A stretch of DNA of 64,000 bases from Prorocentrum cordatum. Lineage: Eukaryota. The position numbers were made by a program, and so were the translations under genes. Positions 1-13,139 of the stretch are shown one piece after another; the stretch's first letter is position 1; every line of letters begins with the position of its first letter. The stretch lies in NCBI GenBank assembly GCA_963575745.1, contig CAUYUJ010000003.1:1054001-1118000 (forward strand), written 5' to 3'. A model generated the notes under the pieces. That model ran no database searches. It saw only the letters and a program-made list of their open reading frames with translations, and was not told the origin of the DNA.

Positions 1-179
1 CGCCTGAGCTTTCTCGCGAAGCAGGCCCAGGCTGTGACCAGCGCCGCTCGGCGCAGCTCGAGAGCCTCCTGGCTCGTCTGCCCGGCACCACCCCAGGCGC
101 GTCGGCAGCACAGCGGGAGCCACCGCTGCGCTACTATGGATGATTATTTTCTTCACAAAGCCCAAACCGCTTGATGCAC

Positions 180-743
180 ATGGCCACGGAGGACTGACCT
201 GCATATGCAATCGCATACGCATGCATACACATATACATTACGTGCACACATACACCGACATGTGTATATATATACGCATATCCATATACTATACACAATC
301 ACATACACCTACATTTACATACACATATACATGTACGTGTACAACTGAATAGACAAGTACTCATACACCAAACAATCACGTACATAAACATTACATACAT
401 AGACATGTATACATCTATATATACATACACAGAAACGTAAAAACGCACACATATTCATAAACGTGTACAACTGCATAAATATACGTGTGTATGTATTGAC
501 ACATGCCCGTACACACCTATAACACATAGCTATGTGCCATGATATGCATACATGTGTAAACACACACACATATATATATGTGTGTATGGGTTATATATAT
601 GTATATATATATACATACACATATACATACACATCCGAATATACATGTGTGTATGCATGCGTGCATACACACATCCATATATGTATATAACTTGTACGCA
701 CACTATACAAATGTATGTTTGAATATGTACACATGTACCAAAT

Positions 744-777
<34 letters not shown>

Positions 778-850
778 GTGTAACCAGGCATACACACTTG
801 CATGCAAACATTCATACACACACGTGCGTACATACATACGTACATCGATA
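180..850. repeat. Degenerate (TA)/(CA) microsatellite tract
   Basis: Alternating purine-pyrimidine low-complexity sequence (atatacatacacac...). The overlapping Y/I/H/T/C/V-rich ORFs are artefacts. Confidence 0.95.
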
Positions 851-1479
851 CAAGTGGCGGAGTCCAGAAACCCTGAAATTAAAAACGTTACCATCTCTGG
901 GGGGCGCATTTGTTACTTCCGCCAGTCTCCACCGAACTTATAATTATTCTCCCACTAGGCACGCACGGTTCTGGGATAAAGCGTCTCGTGGTGGGCCTCG
1001 CTAAAAAGTCAACCGGAACTGGCGCGACGGAAGCATTTAAGATCCCGTCAGGTGGCCAAGAGAAAACACCTACTGGGACCGCTGTCGGGGGCGAAAAAGG
1101 CGGACTGGCCCCATCTCCATATCCAACGCGCCACCCATACGCGCTTCCACCTCTGTGGGAGCAGCACTGTAGGGACAGCCCCCCGCCTCCCCCTTAGCAG
1201 AGTGGGAGGGGCTACCCAAGCATAAAAAACAAAATCCAAACTCGTGTCCTCGCCCCTACCCGTCGATCCAAAACTGTGGGTAATGCGAAGCTGGACAGAG
1301 CGACCGAACCGAAAGAAATGAGAGAGATGGAGAGGGAGAGAAAGAGAGAGGGAGCTGGGAGATCGGGAACAAAAACCCTAGGAGGTGGAGGAGGGCGGAC
1401 CGCGCCTGCCGGTACGACGCCGCCTGCCGTTACGACGCCACCTGCCGTTTCGACGCTGGCCGAGCCTACTGCTTCGTGG

Positions 1480-1972
1480 CTTTCTTTTCGCCTGGCCCTG
1501 GGCTGCGCCTTGCCTTTCTTGAAAGCGATTCTCTCGATCGCCTTCGCTGTCTTGCAACGGGGGTCATGGTCGAAGACCAAGTTGACCTGGCATGCCTGTA
1601 AGCACCCGTTCAGGCGTAGCACCATCACCGCAGCCTTGCGATCCACGTGGTGGCTCACGGCGAACACCCAGCGGACGCTTTGCTTGCCTTCGTCGTCGTT
1701 GTCGTCGTCCTCGCTCGCCAGCTCGACGCTGAAGCAATGGGCCGCCGAGAAGCGGAAGGACGGATCCTGGACAATCTCCCCGTACTTCGAGAGGGTGTCG
1801 AGGGCGCGGAGGGTATCCTCCTGCATCGCACCCTGCTTCGCTGCGTCGGTGACTTTCTGACCGGCTAACTGCGCGGCCTCGTGAAGGCGGAAGACGAGCT
1901 GTTTTATGTATACGTCGGGGCGCTTGCTCAGCGGATTCCCCTTGAACTCGCTCTCGTTCTCGCGCCTTCTCG
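1480..1972 (-). pseudogene. Coding-like fragment of an unknown protein
   Basis: The frame is open upstream of the listed ATG (EFKGNPLSKRPDVYIKQLVFRLHEAAQLAGQKVTDAAKQGAMQEDTLRALDTLSKYGEIVQDPSFRF...VRWVFAVSHHVDRKAAVMVLRLNG). It has protein-like composition and mostly G/C-ending codons. No family recognised. Confidence 0.35.
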
Positions 1973-2104
1973 TTCACGGCCCCGCCGAGTTTCCGCCAGC
2001 GCAGCCGCCCCCGATTTACTTCCGCCGCCTTCCGTCGCCTTCCGCGGAGGAAGAGATGGCAATTCATTCGATCCTCGAAGGCGTGGCCCTTTTCTGGAAC
2101 GCCG

Positions 2105-2250
2105 CATACACACACGCTCACACACATATGTATATATATATATACATACATACATACATATACACACAGATGCGTACGTATGTATATATATATGCACAGA
2201 TATAGACATACGCACACGTATACGCACACAAACACACACACACACACGCG
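2105..2250. repeat. (CA)/(TA) microsatellite
   Basis: Simple dinucleotide tract, read directly. Confidence 0.9.
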
Positions 2251-2959
2251 CCCAAACCTTTCCGTTTGATGCCATCCACGGCGACAACGCTGGGCCAGAC
2301 CACGCTCCGCACGCGAAGCCTGTCCCCGCCGTGGCGAAGGCGCCGTGAGGTGAGCAGCGGCACCAACCTGCCGTTCGCACAAGCTTGTGGTCGCGCTGAT
2401 CAGTGTATCGCCGCGACGTCGATCCTCGACGCGCCCAAGTGGACAACGCCGAAACCACGGCAAAACCACGGCAAACCCTGCGTCTGGACCCCAAGCTGAC
2501 GACGCCGGCGCCGCGGCAAACACACGGCTATCTCTGCGTCCGAGTCGGAGTTTGCCCTGATGGCTGAGGCGCCCTCCCCAAGACGGAAGGCCACGCGCAG
2601 GAACAAACAGCGCGGCGATATATGTCCGCCGTGTCCTGGAGCGCCAATGATTTTCCTCTGACGTCTGCACAGAGATCAAGAACCGTACTCATCTTACACA
2701 TCTGGCCAAGACCCCAAGCCCAGCCCGAACCCGGCCACGACGGGGCCATCGAGCTCCATGTCGGCCATGACAGAAAGCGTAGGGCTGGGCTGGGCTGACG
2801 GCCCGCAACCGTTGCCGTATATCGTGTTTGCCTTGTTGCTTGAATCGTAGTGCACTGTGGCTGGAGCATTGCCATACACTAACTAGCTGATGTTAATGCT
2901 CGTGGTTGCCCTTGTGCCCAAATGGTTGCTCTGTATGGCTGCTATGCACGACTAACCAT

Positions 2960-3240
2960 AAACTACTGGAATGTCTGGTTTTTGCGCTGATGCAACATTG
3001 GATGTGCTCTATCCTATCGAGCGTGAACTGTTGCGATTCCTCGGTCTTGTCCACGTGACGTACTGGAGATATTCGATGGCTGTTGCGCGGTATCGTTTTT
3101 GCCCTCGTGCCCTGTGGATGGAGCCTGTGACTGGTGGGATATGACGCCGTCTTCCTTAAAACGGGGGTTGCACGCAGGGTGTGACTTGAAGTCGATTCCC
3201 CAAACAGTGCTTGCACGAAGGAAATATAAATTCTCTTCCA
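2960..3240 (+). pseudogene. Decayed non-LTR (LINE) reverse transcriptase fragment
   Basis: Plus-strand peptides ADATLDVLYPIERELLRFLG...MAVARYRFCPRAL and, after a frameshift, KRGLHAGC. They parallel the D..K.YE.I / Y..PR / G..AGC blocks of the RT at 56.9-57.2 kb. Confidence 0.4.
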
Positions 3241-3254
3241 AAGAATTGTGCCTG

Positions 3255-3715
3255 TGGGCCGCTCCAGCCGCCATGTAGCCGCCGTCGGGGCCTCGTCGCC
3301 GCCCGCTGCCTGGACCTGAAGGCCTTTCTGGCCGCCATGTCGCCGCCGTCGCCACCTCGTCGCCGTCCGTCGCCGCCAGCCGCCTGGGCCTGCGGGGTGC
3401 TCTGGTCGCCATGTCGACCGCCGTCGCCACCTCGTCGCTGCCCGTGGCCTCATCGCCGCCCGCTTAGCATTGCTTCGCATAGATCCGCATTGCTTCTCTT
3501 TGTGTTGCGTTGTTGCTCGTTGCTTTGCAGTGTTTCGCGTTGCTCTGCATTGCGTTGTAGTGCTGTGCGCTATTTAACACGGTTATGCGTTACGTTGCAT
3601 TGTGTTGCGTTGCGTTGCATTCGTTTGCGTTGCCTCGCAATGTAATGCATTCGTTTGCGGTGAATTCGATGCGTTGCGTTGGGCCGCGTTACGTTGATTT
3701 GCGTTACTTTGCATG
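3255..3715. repeat. Three ~70-bp GC-rich repeats followed by a degenerate (GTTGC)n pentamer tract
   Basis: cgccatgt.gccgccgtcg recurs at ~3268, ~3332 and ~3407. ttgcg/gttgc is reiterated over 3470-3715. Confidence 0.8.
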
Positions 3716-3919
3716 CACCACATAACTTACACAAATCTTACACAACCTGTGTTGCACCACCAAGACTGCATTCCGTATATTCCGTTGTATGAAAGAGTAC
3801 TGGGATATACCACCTACACTGGATTGACTGCCCCCCATTTTTGAATTGCAATTTGCATCTGGTTATGCCCCATCGCCCATCCTCAAGATGAGTATAACTT
3901 ATCCGTCTGCATTAACCTT

Positions 3920-5047
3920 TTGCACAAGAAAGAAGCGAAGTGCACACGCGCCTATCATCGCGCGCATGCCGAAATCTTTCACCAAAGCTTGAAATGTCGT
4001 AGCGGTTTTCAAAATCGGGTTTCGCAACAAGGAGTTTCAAAAACAACTTGCGCTCGGGATTTTGCGAATTCTTAAGGATACCATCGTTTTTCCAACGTGT
4101 TCACTATATGCTACCAAGCGGGCCTTTGGCGCGCGCGTGTCGGAATCGCAGGAGCCCCGTTGCGCGCGTGCTGTCGCAAGACTGCCCCGCAAAAAGTGGG
4201 CTGAATTGCGCACGCGCGGGCGCCGTCGTGCGCGCGTGCCGGAACCCCTCGAGAACCCGAGGTTGCGCAAGGATTCAAAAACCAAGCGTCATAAAAAAAT
4301 GAAAACCATATGTTTTGCAACATCAGTTTTCCAATACAAAGTCTGCGCTCGCGGTCTTGCGAGACCTTGAGAACATCATAGGTTTTCAATGCATTCATTC
4401 GATTCTGCCACACAGGCCGCTCGCGCCGCACGTCGAAATCATTTGAACGCCCTTGCGCGCGTGCTGGGGGTGCACGATCCGTGTCAAGTAAGACAATGGA
4501 GGCCAATATCGCGCGTCATTCGCGCGCGCATGTCGAACTTTTTCCAATACTTTCATCACCAAAACGAGGATGCCGTCATCGTCGCCGGCGTGCTCCGCAT
4601 CGGCGCCGTTACTGGTCGTGCCGTCGTCGTTGTCACCATCGTCACCAGCACCGCTACTATCATCATCGCGTCTACCGTTGTCGACGTTGTCATGATAGCG
4701 CGCCCACCCAAGTCGCCGATTCGCACTGAAGCGCCCGCTGGGAAGTGCCCGCCTCTCAGCGCCACCGCGGCCGCGTCGGCCGCGCCAAACTAGCTGGCAC
4801 CTACGCGCGCGAGCATGCGCGCTAGCGCGGCCGAGGCGATACACCAGCCATCGCAAAGCAATCGTCGCCATCGTTGCCGCATGTGTGTTGCAAACCAATG
4901 TGTGGGGGGTTGGGGGGGGACGATTGCGCGAGCAGTGGAGCCGACAACTTCGTGCTCAGCAGGGTGCATTCTCCTTCTAAAAGATTAATAGATTCTCCCC
5001 CCCTCCCCCCCGGGACGTATCGGTTCCCCCTGGGATAATATGATTTC

Positions 5048-5088
<41 letters not shown>

Positions 5089-8000
5089 TTGCACACTCGT
5101 CCATCCTAAATTTGAAATCCTATCATCCCAGCCAAACCGGGTTCCCCCCTCTGCGGTTCCCTTGTAAAGAAACACTATGCGGCGACATGTTTTGTTCTAA
5201 CATAACAATTGTTCCCAAATCCCTTGCAACAAATGGGACGAAGTGCGCACGCGCGCGTCGTCGCGCGCGCATGCCGAAATCCTTCAAAAACCCTCTGTGC
5301 CAGAAGAATTTCGCAATCGAGTTTCCAAACAACATGCAAAAACACAGGGTTTCGCAACACTGATTTGCTAAAAAAGCTTACGCGCGAGCTCTTGCGAAAT
5401 CCTAAGAAAACCATAGGTTTTCAACATTTTCACAACATACTACCAAACGTGCGTCGCGCGCGCGCATGTCGAAATCTGTCGAACGCCCTTGCGCGTGTGC
5501 CGCCGCGAGAATCCTTTGCAAAAAACGGGACGAAGTGCAGACGCGCGCGTCGTCGCGCGCGTAAGCCGACAACCTTCAAAAACCATCGGTTTCGGAAGGA
5601 TTTCAAAATCGTGTGTCCAAAAAACATACAAAACACACATGGTTTCGCAACACGGATTTTCAACAAAAGCGTGCGCGCGCGCTCTTGCGTCGTCGTCGTC
5701 GTCGTCGCCGTCCTCCCTCCTCCCGCGTCGGTGTCGTCGTCGTCGTCGTCGTCGCCTACGTCGTCCTCTGTCTTTCCTCGTGTTCGTCGTCGTCGTCCTC
5801 TTTGGCGTCGTGGTCGTTTCCGTCGTCGTTGTCGCCGTGGTCGTCCTTCCTCCTCCTCCCTCGTCGTCGTCGTCGTCCGTCGTCGGCGTCTCGTCGTCGT
5901 CCCTCCTATTTCGTCGCCGTCGTCGTCGTCGTGTCGTCGTCGTCGTTTTCTCTCCTCCCTCGTCGTTGTCGTCGTCGGCGTCGCCGTCCTTCCTCCTTCT
6001 TCGTCGTTCGCGTCGTCGCCGTCCTCCCTCCTCCCTCGTCGTTGCCGTCGTTGTCGCCGTCGTCGTCCTCCCTCCTCCCTCGTCGTCGTCTTCGTTGGCG
6101 ACGTCGTCGTCGTCGTCTTCGTCGTTGTCGGCGTCGGCGTCGTCGTCGCCCTCGTCGTCGACGTCGGCGTCGTCGTCGTCGCCGCCGTCGTCGTCGTCGT
6201 ACTCGTCGTCGGCGTCGTTGACGTCGTCGTCGTGGTCGTCGGTGTCGTCGCTGTCGTCGTCGTCGGCGTCGTCATCGTCGTCGTCGTTGTCATCGTCGTC
6301 GTCGTCGTCGTCGGCGTCGGCGTCGTCGTCGTCGTCGTCGGTGTCGTCGTCGTCGTCGTTGTCGGCGTCGTCGAAGTCGTTGGAGACGTCGTCGGTATCG
6401 TCGTACTCGTTGTCGGCGTCGTCGTCGTTGTCGCTGTCGTCGTCGGCGTCGCTGTCGTTGCCAAGTGCCATTTGGTACCCACCGTCACGGTCTTAAAAGA
6501 TTTTGCAAACCAAGTAGCGGGTGGGTGGGTGGGATGTTTGCGCGAGCAGTGGGGTGGACAACTCACTGCGAGCAGAAATTAATTCTCCTTTCTGAAAAGA
6601 GAATAGATTCTACCCCCCCCCCCGGACTTAACGCTTCCCCCTGGGATAGAAAAATTTCACACACATATATATATATATGTATTCTGCACACTCGTCCATC
6701 CGAAATATGAAATCATATCATCCCAGCCAAGCCGGTATCCCCCCCTGAGGTTCCCTTGAAAAACACTATGCGGTGACATTTTTGGCTCTAACATAACACT
6801 TGTTCGCGAATCCCTTGCAAAAAATGAAACGAAGTGCACACGCGCGCGTCGTCGCGCGCGCATGCCGAAATCCTTCAAAAAACCCTCGATGCGGGAAGGA
6901 TTTCGCAATCGAGTTCCCCAAAAACATACAAAAACACATGGTTTCGCAACACAGAGTTGCTAAAACAACTTCCGCGAAAGCTCTTGCGAAATCCTAAGAA
7001 AACCGTAGGGTTTTCAAGATTTTCACAATGCTACCAAACGGGCTTCGCGCGCGCTCATGTCGAAATCTGTCGAACGCCCTTGCGCGTGTGCCGTCGCGAG
7101 ATCCCCTGCAAAATACTGGGACGAAGTGCAGACGCGTGCGTCGTCGCGCGCGTATTCCGAAAACCTTCAAAACCCATCGGTTTCGGAAGGATTTCAAAAT
7201 CGTGTGCCCAAAAAGCATACAAAACACACAAGGTTTCGCAACACGGATTTTCAACAAAAGCGTGCGCGCGCGCTCTTGCGTCGTCGTCGTCGTCGTCGCC
7301 GTCCTCCTCCTCCCGCGTCGTTGTCGTCGTCGTCGTAGCCTACGTCGTCCTCTGCCTTTCCTCGTGTTCGTCGTCGTCGTCCTCTTTGGCGTCGTGGTCG
7401 TTTGCGTCGTCGTTGTCGCCGTGGTCGTCCTTCCTCCTCCTCCCTCGTCGTCGTCGTCGTCCGTCGTCGGCGTCTCGGCGTCGTCCCTCCTATTTCGTCG
7501 CCGTCGTCGTCGTCGTCGTCGTCTTCCCTCCTCTCTCGTCGTTGTCGTCGTCGGCGTCGCCGTCCTCCCTCCTTCTTCGTCGTTCGCGTCGTCGCCGTCC
7601 TCCCTCCTCCCTCGTCGTTGTCGTTGTCGCCGTCGTCGTCCTCCCTCCTCACTCGCCGTCGTCGTCTTCGTTAGTGACGTCGTCGTCGTCTTCGTCGCCG
7701 TCGTCGGCGTCGTCGTCGTCGTCGCCATCGGCGTCGTCGTCGTCCGCGTCGTCGTCGTCGTCGTCGGCGTCGTCGCCGTCGTCGCCGTCGGCGTCGTCAT
7801 CGTCGTCGTCGGCGTCGGCGTCGTCGTCGTCGTCGGCGTCGTCATTGTCGTCGTCGGTGTCGCCGCCGTCGTCGTCGTCGTCATCGTCGTCGGCGTCGTC
7901 GTCGCCGTCGTCGTCGTCGGCGTCGTCATCGTCGTCGGCGTCGTCGTCGCCGTCGTCGTCGTCGGCGTCGTCATTGTCGTCGTCGGTGTCGCCGCCGTCG

Positions 8001-8210
8001 TCGTCGTCGTCGAAGTCGTCGGAGCCGTCGTCGGTGTCGTCGTAGTCGTCGTCGGCGACGTTTTCGTCGTCGTTGTTGTCGCTGTCGTCGTCGGCGTCGC
8101 TGTCGTCGCCAAGAGCCATTTGGTATCCACCGTCGTGGTCTGAAAATGTCTTGCGACCAAGTTGCGGGTGGGAGGGTGGGATGTTTGCACGAGCAGTGGA
8201 GAGGACAGCT
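3920..8210. repeat. Tandem array of a ~1.6-kb composite unit (about 2.7 copies), each with two ~290-bp subrepeats and a (GTC)n-derived tract
   Basis: gagcagtgg..gacaac recurs at ~4930, ~6544 and ~8191. gaagtgc..acgcgcgcgtcgtcgcgcgcg occurs at ~5240/5531 and ~6831/7122, with a decayed copy at ~3938. GTC tracts lie at ~4570-4690, 5690-6460 and 7280-8110. Confidence 0.92.
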
Positions 8211-8224
8211 TCAAGACAATCGAA

Positions 8225-8430
8225 GTGGGTTGCACCACATAGATTGCACCACGCAGCTCAAACCACACGTGCGCCATTACGCCACATATATTTGACCAGC
8301 AAGGTTGTACCACGTGTATCGCGCCACATAAATTGCACCACGTAATTTAGACCACGCTTATAGCACCACATATCTTAGAGCTCATTTATGGCAGCACGTA
8401 GATTGCACCAACTACGCACAGCACCACCTG
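8225..8430. repeat. Degenerate ~14-bp tandem repeat (ttgcaccacgtaga-like)
   Basis: gcaccac/accac core reiterated at about 14-bp spacing. Confidence 0.7.
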
Positions 8431-8849
8431 GCATGCTAATACACAATGTGTTGGGTCCGCGCTGGCTAACACCGTGGTTGCTGGCTGCCGCACGTGCCCC
8501 ATGCGCGCGTGCCCTATAGGCGGTGTGCTGTGATGCACGACGTAATGCGATTTCTGGTTGCCGCCCTGGTGCTCTATGGTATGGTGGCCAGCCCTGCCAT
8601 GTCCCAGTTGCTGGGGTTTCTGGTTGGCGCCCTGGTGCCCGAATCGCGGTGGCCAACGGCTGGTGCACTGCTATGCCCACAAGTGTCGCCGTTTCTGGTT
8701 GCCGCCCTGGTGCCCCATGGGAGATGCCACATGGCTGGCGCCATGTGATGCATCTGTTGCAGTGAAGCTACTCGCTTGCGAGCCAGGCGAGCGAGAGCCT
8801 ACCTACTGGGGCCCACGCTGGTCACCCGTAGTAAGACCGCAAAAAGACA

Positions 8850-9030
8850 CCCACACGTACATGCACACACTCACACTCACACGCGCGCGCACACGCACAC
8901 ACACATACACACATACACATACACATACACACACGAACACACAAACACACGCACGCGCGTAAATACACACACTCGAACAACCACGCGAGCACACACACAC
9001 ACACACACTCAGGGCACACACGCACGCACA
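8850..9030. repeat. (CA)n-derived microsatellite
   Basis: Read directly. Confidence 0.9.
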
Positions 9031-12000
9031 CTTGCTTGTGGCGGCGGCCGCGTGCCCAGCGGCGCGGTGGTCACATAGGGAGGGGAACGCAAGGCGCTGC
9101 AAGCGAGAGGGAACGAGGGACCACGCAAGCACACACACACACACCAACACACAGCAATGAACGACGTATTATGCACTGCTGTGCTTTCTGCATGAACTAC
9201 TAATCGTGCTTATACATATTTCCACCGAGCCCTGGTGCACAAAAGGGTGAACGACGTGATTGTCATCTCCAAAGAGACGCCCCTCAAGAGATGACGTCCA
9301 AACTCATGTTGCACATCGTGGCTAAGATGTCAAATCCAGAACGAGCGAGGAATCGACGAGGCCACTGGGCTCTCGCTCGGGCAAGGCTACATGAGCAACT
9401 GTCTCAAGCAAACTCCTGATTGCTTCGGCCATCGGCGTGCCGCTGTGATTCGGCGGCCTGGTGCAAACAATTTCTTAAAATACCTCAGAGTCTACAGTCG
9501 TGTACAGAGTCTGCCGAGAGAGATGTGGGCTACACTTTGACGAATCTGGTGAAGAGACACCAGTAGAAGCGAAGAGGATTTCCAGGTCCAAGCCGAAGTC
9601 CAGGATAGTTTGCCAGCAGGAGAGACAGCTAATTTCGCGCATCGCACCCCGCGATGCGCGCTCATCTTCGCGCCCTCGCGTGGCAATCTTGGAGAAGAGC
9701 AGCTCTCCGTCCGAGGCCGCAACGCGAGAAACGATATTATCTTCCAACCCCTGGGGGTGGCCTAGCTCCTCCGTGAAACGGACTCCATGGACGCCCCAGG
9801 ATCGCCGAGAGACCCCCAGAGACGCACAGAAAGCGTCCCGGGCTTCCTCGATTCTCGACGTGTCCCTCCTCGATTCTTCCCGTCGATCTACAGGAGGTGG
9901 TCACCTCCCCTGGAGGTGAGTTTTCGTGACGCCGCCCAGACAAGAAGAGGTCAGCAGGAGGAAGGGCAGCGCATCATGGCACGGTGCATCTGGGCGCGGA
10001 AAAGGGAAGGAGCCACGGAAGCACGGACTTGCCACAATAAGCCGTGAGGGCCCGGAAAGATGGCACCAAAGCACCAAGACAGTCAAGTGATGCTAAATGC
10101 GTTATCAACGCGTGGCGCAACGGAAGCCGCGGAGAGCATTGGAAAGGGAAGGGGGGGCATGAAATCTGGAATATCCGAAGGCCGCTGCCAATATATCCAC
10201 TGATACGCACACACACACACATTCGGTGGCAGCTTATGGGAGCCTCCCATATCTGTTTGCTCTTGCGAATCCGCGCTGCTCGGCGCTCGTCGACGCTAAT
10301 CGACGCTAAATCTACTCCAATCGGCGCTATCTCATCGATTACGAGACGCGAACCGACGCTAACGCACCCTAGAGACGGACTTACAAGGGTATACCACCAA
10401 AACTCCCATGACTTGCTACCGAACGCCTCCTTGGATGCCTCCGTGAACAACACCCGCTCGCCTCCGCGTGTGGCCTGCGCACAGGCCGGGCGCTTCTGTA
10501 CTCAGCAACACCCCGGCGGCGGGGGCGCCGGGGGGCACGAAGACGCCCGGCGGCGCAGACCTCACCGGGGGGCAACGCGGCTAGGCCAGGAGCGGTCAGC
10601 ATCGGATCGGTAAACCGGGTCGGAAAGGAACATACATCGAATCGGGACGCATCAACACGGAGCTGCAACCGAATCGGATCGGCCGCACCAGGATGTTCAA
10701 CAGCACGATGCAGGCATCGGGCAACATCGGATCGCAGGAATGTCGTAACCGAGTCGGGTTGGGCCTGAAGCAGCGGCATCGATGTGCCCTTGCGCACTGC
10801 GATGCGCGACGCGCTGTCATCTTTGCGCCCTCGCGAGTCCACACTGGAGCGAGGCAGCTCTGCGGCCCAGGCCGCGACGCGCGAATGCGGGGGGGGCGTG
10901 GGATAGGGGGGGGGGGGGCGCAGGTGCATCGGCTGAGATCGGCTCCTCCGTCCCCTCATGGGCTCTCTTGCCACATTCGTTGAGCATCGCTTCGCAAATC
11001 CCTATCCCCACGGGCGTGGCCTGGGTCCCACTGGCCGATTTACCCTTCAGATGGAGATATGAATTATTCCCCAAGAGTTTCGAGGGGCATATCCTTAAAT
11101 GGGGTGGTGGGGTGATGGGGATCGGGATGGGAATGGAGATGTGGATAAGGGTTGGTAAACGATACTGACTCGTGGGGAGCACCACGCCAGCGCCCCAGTA
11201 TCGGGCGCAAGCGGGGCCACCGTACCCCCCTGAGCCAGAGGGGCCATCCTGAGATCCGACGCTGGGGGGAAAAGATGCAACATCGCACAAAAGCATCGCT
11301 CTAGGGCTATCCCCATTTTTTTGTCGCAGCGCGGCAGAGGCAGAGCCTGAGAACGGCATCGCTAATTCTCCCGCGGCATGAGCGGAAAAAAAGCGAGGAA
11401 GCAACCGCGGGCGGGGGGGGAGGAGGAACCGCTCACGCGGCGGGGACCGCTGCAGAGCGGCCGGGGCGGCCAGCCGGTGTTGCACCCCTGGCAGCGGGCG
11501 TATAGGGCTGTCCAAGGCAAGTGGATCTTGCTGTGTGTCTCTCAGGCCTGGCATTCTGACAAGACAGGGCGACATTCGCTGAGTTCGGAGAAGAAGGGGA
11601 GGACGACACGGCACAGATACGCAGCACAACAGAACACACGAACGACACGACGGGAGGAGAAACATCATAATCAAACACGGCGGCGAGAAGCCGGTTTCGA
11701 AAAAGGCTTGAGCCGAACGCATGGGAGAAGGCGTGCGGCCTTCAAACCCAAATCGCGATTACCGGTCAAGAAGTGCCCATGACCGAAGCCCCGAGAACAC
11801 ATTTTTCTGCAACGGTTTTTCGAGCCCGCTCAAGCTGTGATGGTCCCGGTGCCCCAGACTGGGCGAAAACGCCCGGTGAAAATCTGCAAAGCCTGGATGT
11901 CAGGGCACAGAAGAATCCCCCTGGGACTGCGTCCCCTCAGGACCCCGCCGAGAACTCCCCTGTCGGGTATTTCACAACCCTGTGGTAACGCACCACGCGG

Positions 12001-12688
12001 TGGCCTCGAAATCCCGAAGGTGGTTCGGGCAACTGTCAGTTACTTTTTTGACGCTCCCGTCATACTTCCTCCCCCTTTTTCGCGCCCTTCCTCCTCCTCC
12101 TCCCTCCTGCTGCTCCTGCGGCTCCTCGTCCTCCTCCTCCTCCTCCTCCTCCTCATCTCCCCCGAGAGTGGGGCCCTGTAGCGCTTGGGCGGGGTGGAGC
12201 ACGTGTGGGCGGAGATGCGTTGCGATCGCCAAGGCATGCGCGCAAGCACCAGCATGTCCCAAGCCGTCCCCCCTTACGTACGATCGTTACCCTTAGCCGA
12301 AGGGGGGGGGAGTCGGCCCGTGTAACGGCCGTTACGCGCCAGAGTATACAAACTACCCAGCGACGCACCCAACCCATCTACAACAACTGAGCAGGACTGG
12401 TGGCCAAAACTCTTACGGACGATGCCGTGGCAAGGACCGCGATTTGTCTGAGCTGCCTGGAGAGCTGCTGACTGGCGATGTCCGCAATCTGAGGCCAAGG
12501 ACGGCCAGTCGTTGAACATCTGCGATAATGGCGCCATGCCGAAAGAAGACGGGCTGGCTGGGCAAAAGGTAGAGTGAGCCGACTTGGGAGACGGATTTTG
12601 CAAAGTGGCCGTAGCGAAGAATGCTCAGATAGAAACGAACGCCGATGACGACAACGATTCGACCTCGGTGACGTTGGTACCCCAGCGA

Positions 12689-13060
12689 CGCAGGAATGCG
12701 CGCGGATGCACAGGTTTGGCGTGCTCCGAAACAGGTAGGCAGAACAATTTGGAGGTCTGCAAGACAACTGCGTCAAGTAATGCCCAGGGCACCCCAAGAT
12801 GGCACCAGATCGCCTCATGGCGCCCTGGGCGGCACCCAGCTTGAATATCCGAAGGACTAACAAACTTTAGGGTCCAGTGAACCCCTTCCGCAGGAATGCG
12901 CGCGAATGCCTAGGCTTGGCGCGCTCCAACACGAGTAGGCGAAATAACTTGCAGGTCTGGAGAATAACTGCGTCAAGAAATGCCCAGGGCGCCTCAAGAC
13001 GGCACCAGATCGCCCCGTGGCGCCCTGGGCGGCTCCCAGCTTGGGTATCCCAAGGACAAA
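12689..13060. repeat. Two diverged tandem copies of a 200-bp unit
   Basis: cgcaggaatgcgcgcg...aactgcgtcaag.aatgcccagggc...gcaccagatcgcc...tggcgccctgggcggc.cccagcttg starts at 12689 and 12889. Confidence 0.9.
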
Positions 13061-13139
13061 TGGACTTGCGCGGGATGATTTTTCTCAGCACCCGATAAGT
13101 GGGCAGGTCGCAGCCCCGCAGGGACGGCGGGGCTTCCCC

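Noticed and set aside
5209..8313. Long Thr/Asp/Ser/Val-rich ORFs (mucin-like or acidic proteins)
   Set aside because: They are open in nearly all frames because (GTC)n lacks stops, and frames shift between the duplicated copies.
9340..9540. MSNCLKQTPDCFGH as an RPB1 zinc-binding motif
   Set aside because: The first Cys and the GHFG context are missing, there are no other RNA polymerase motifs, and the frame is short.
11837..11930. KICKAWMSGH as a CCCH zinc finger
   Set aside because: The remaining Cys/His ligands are absent.
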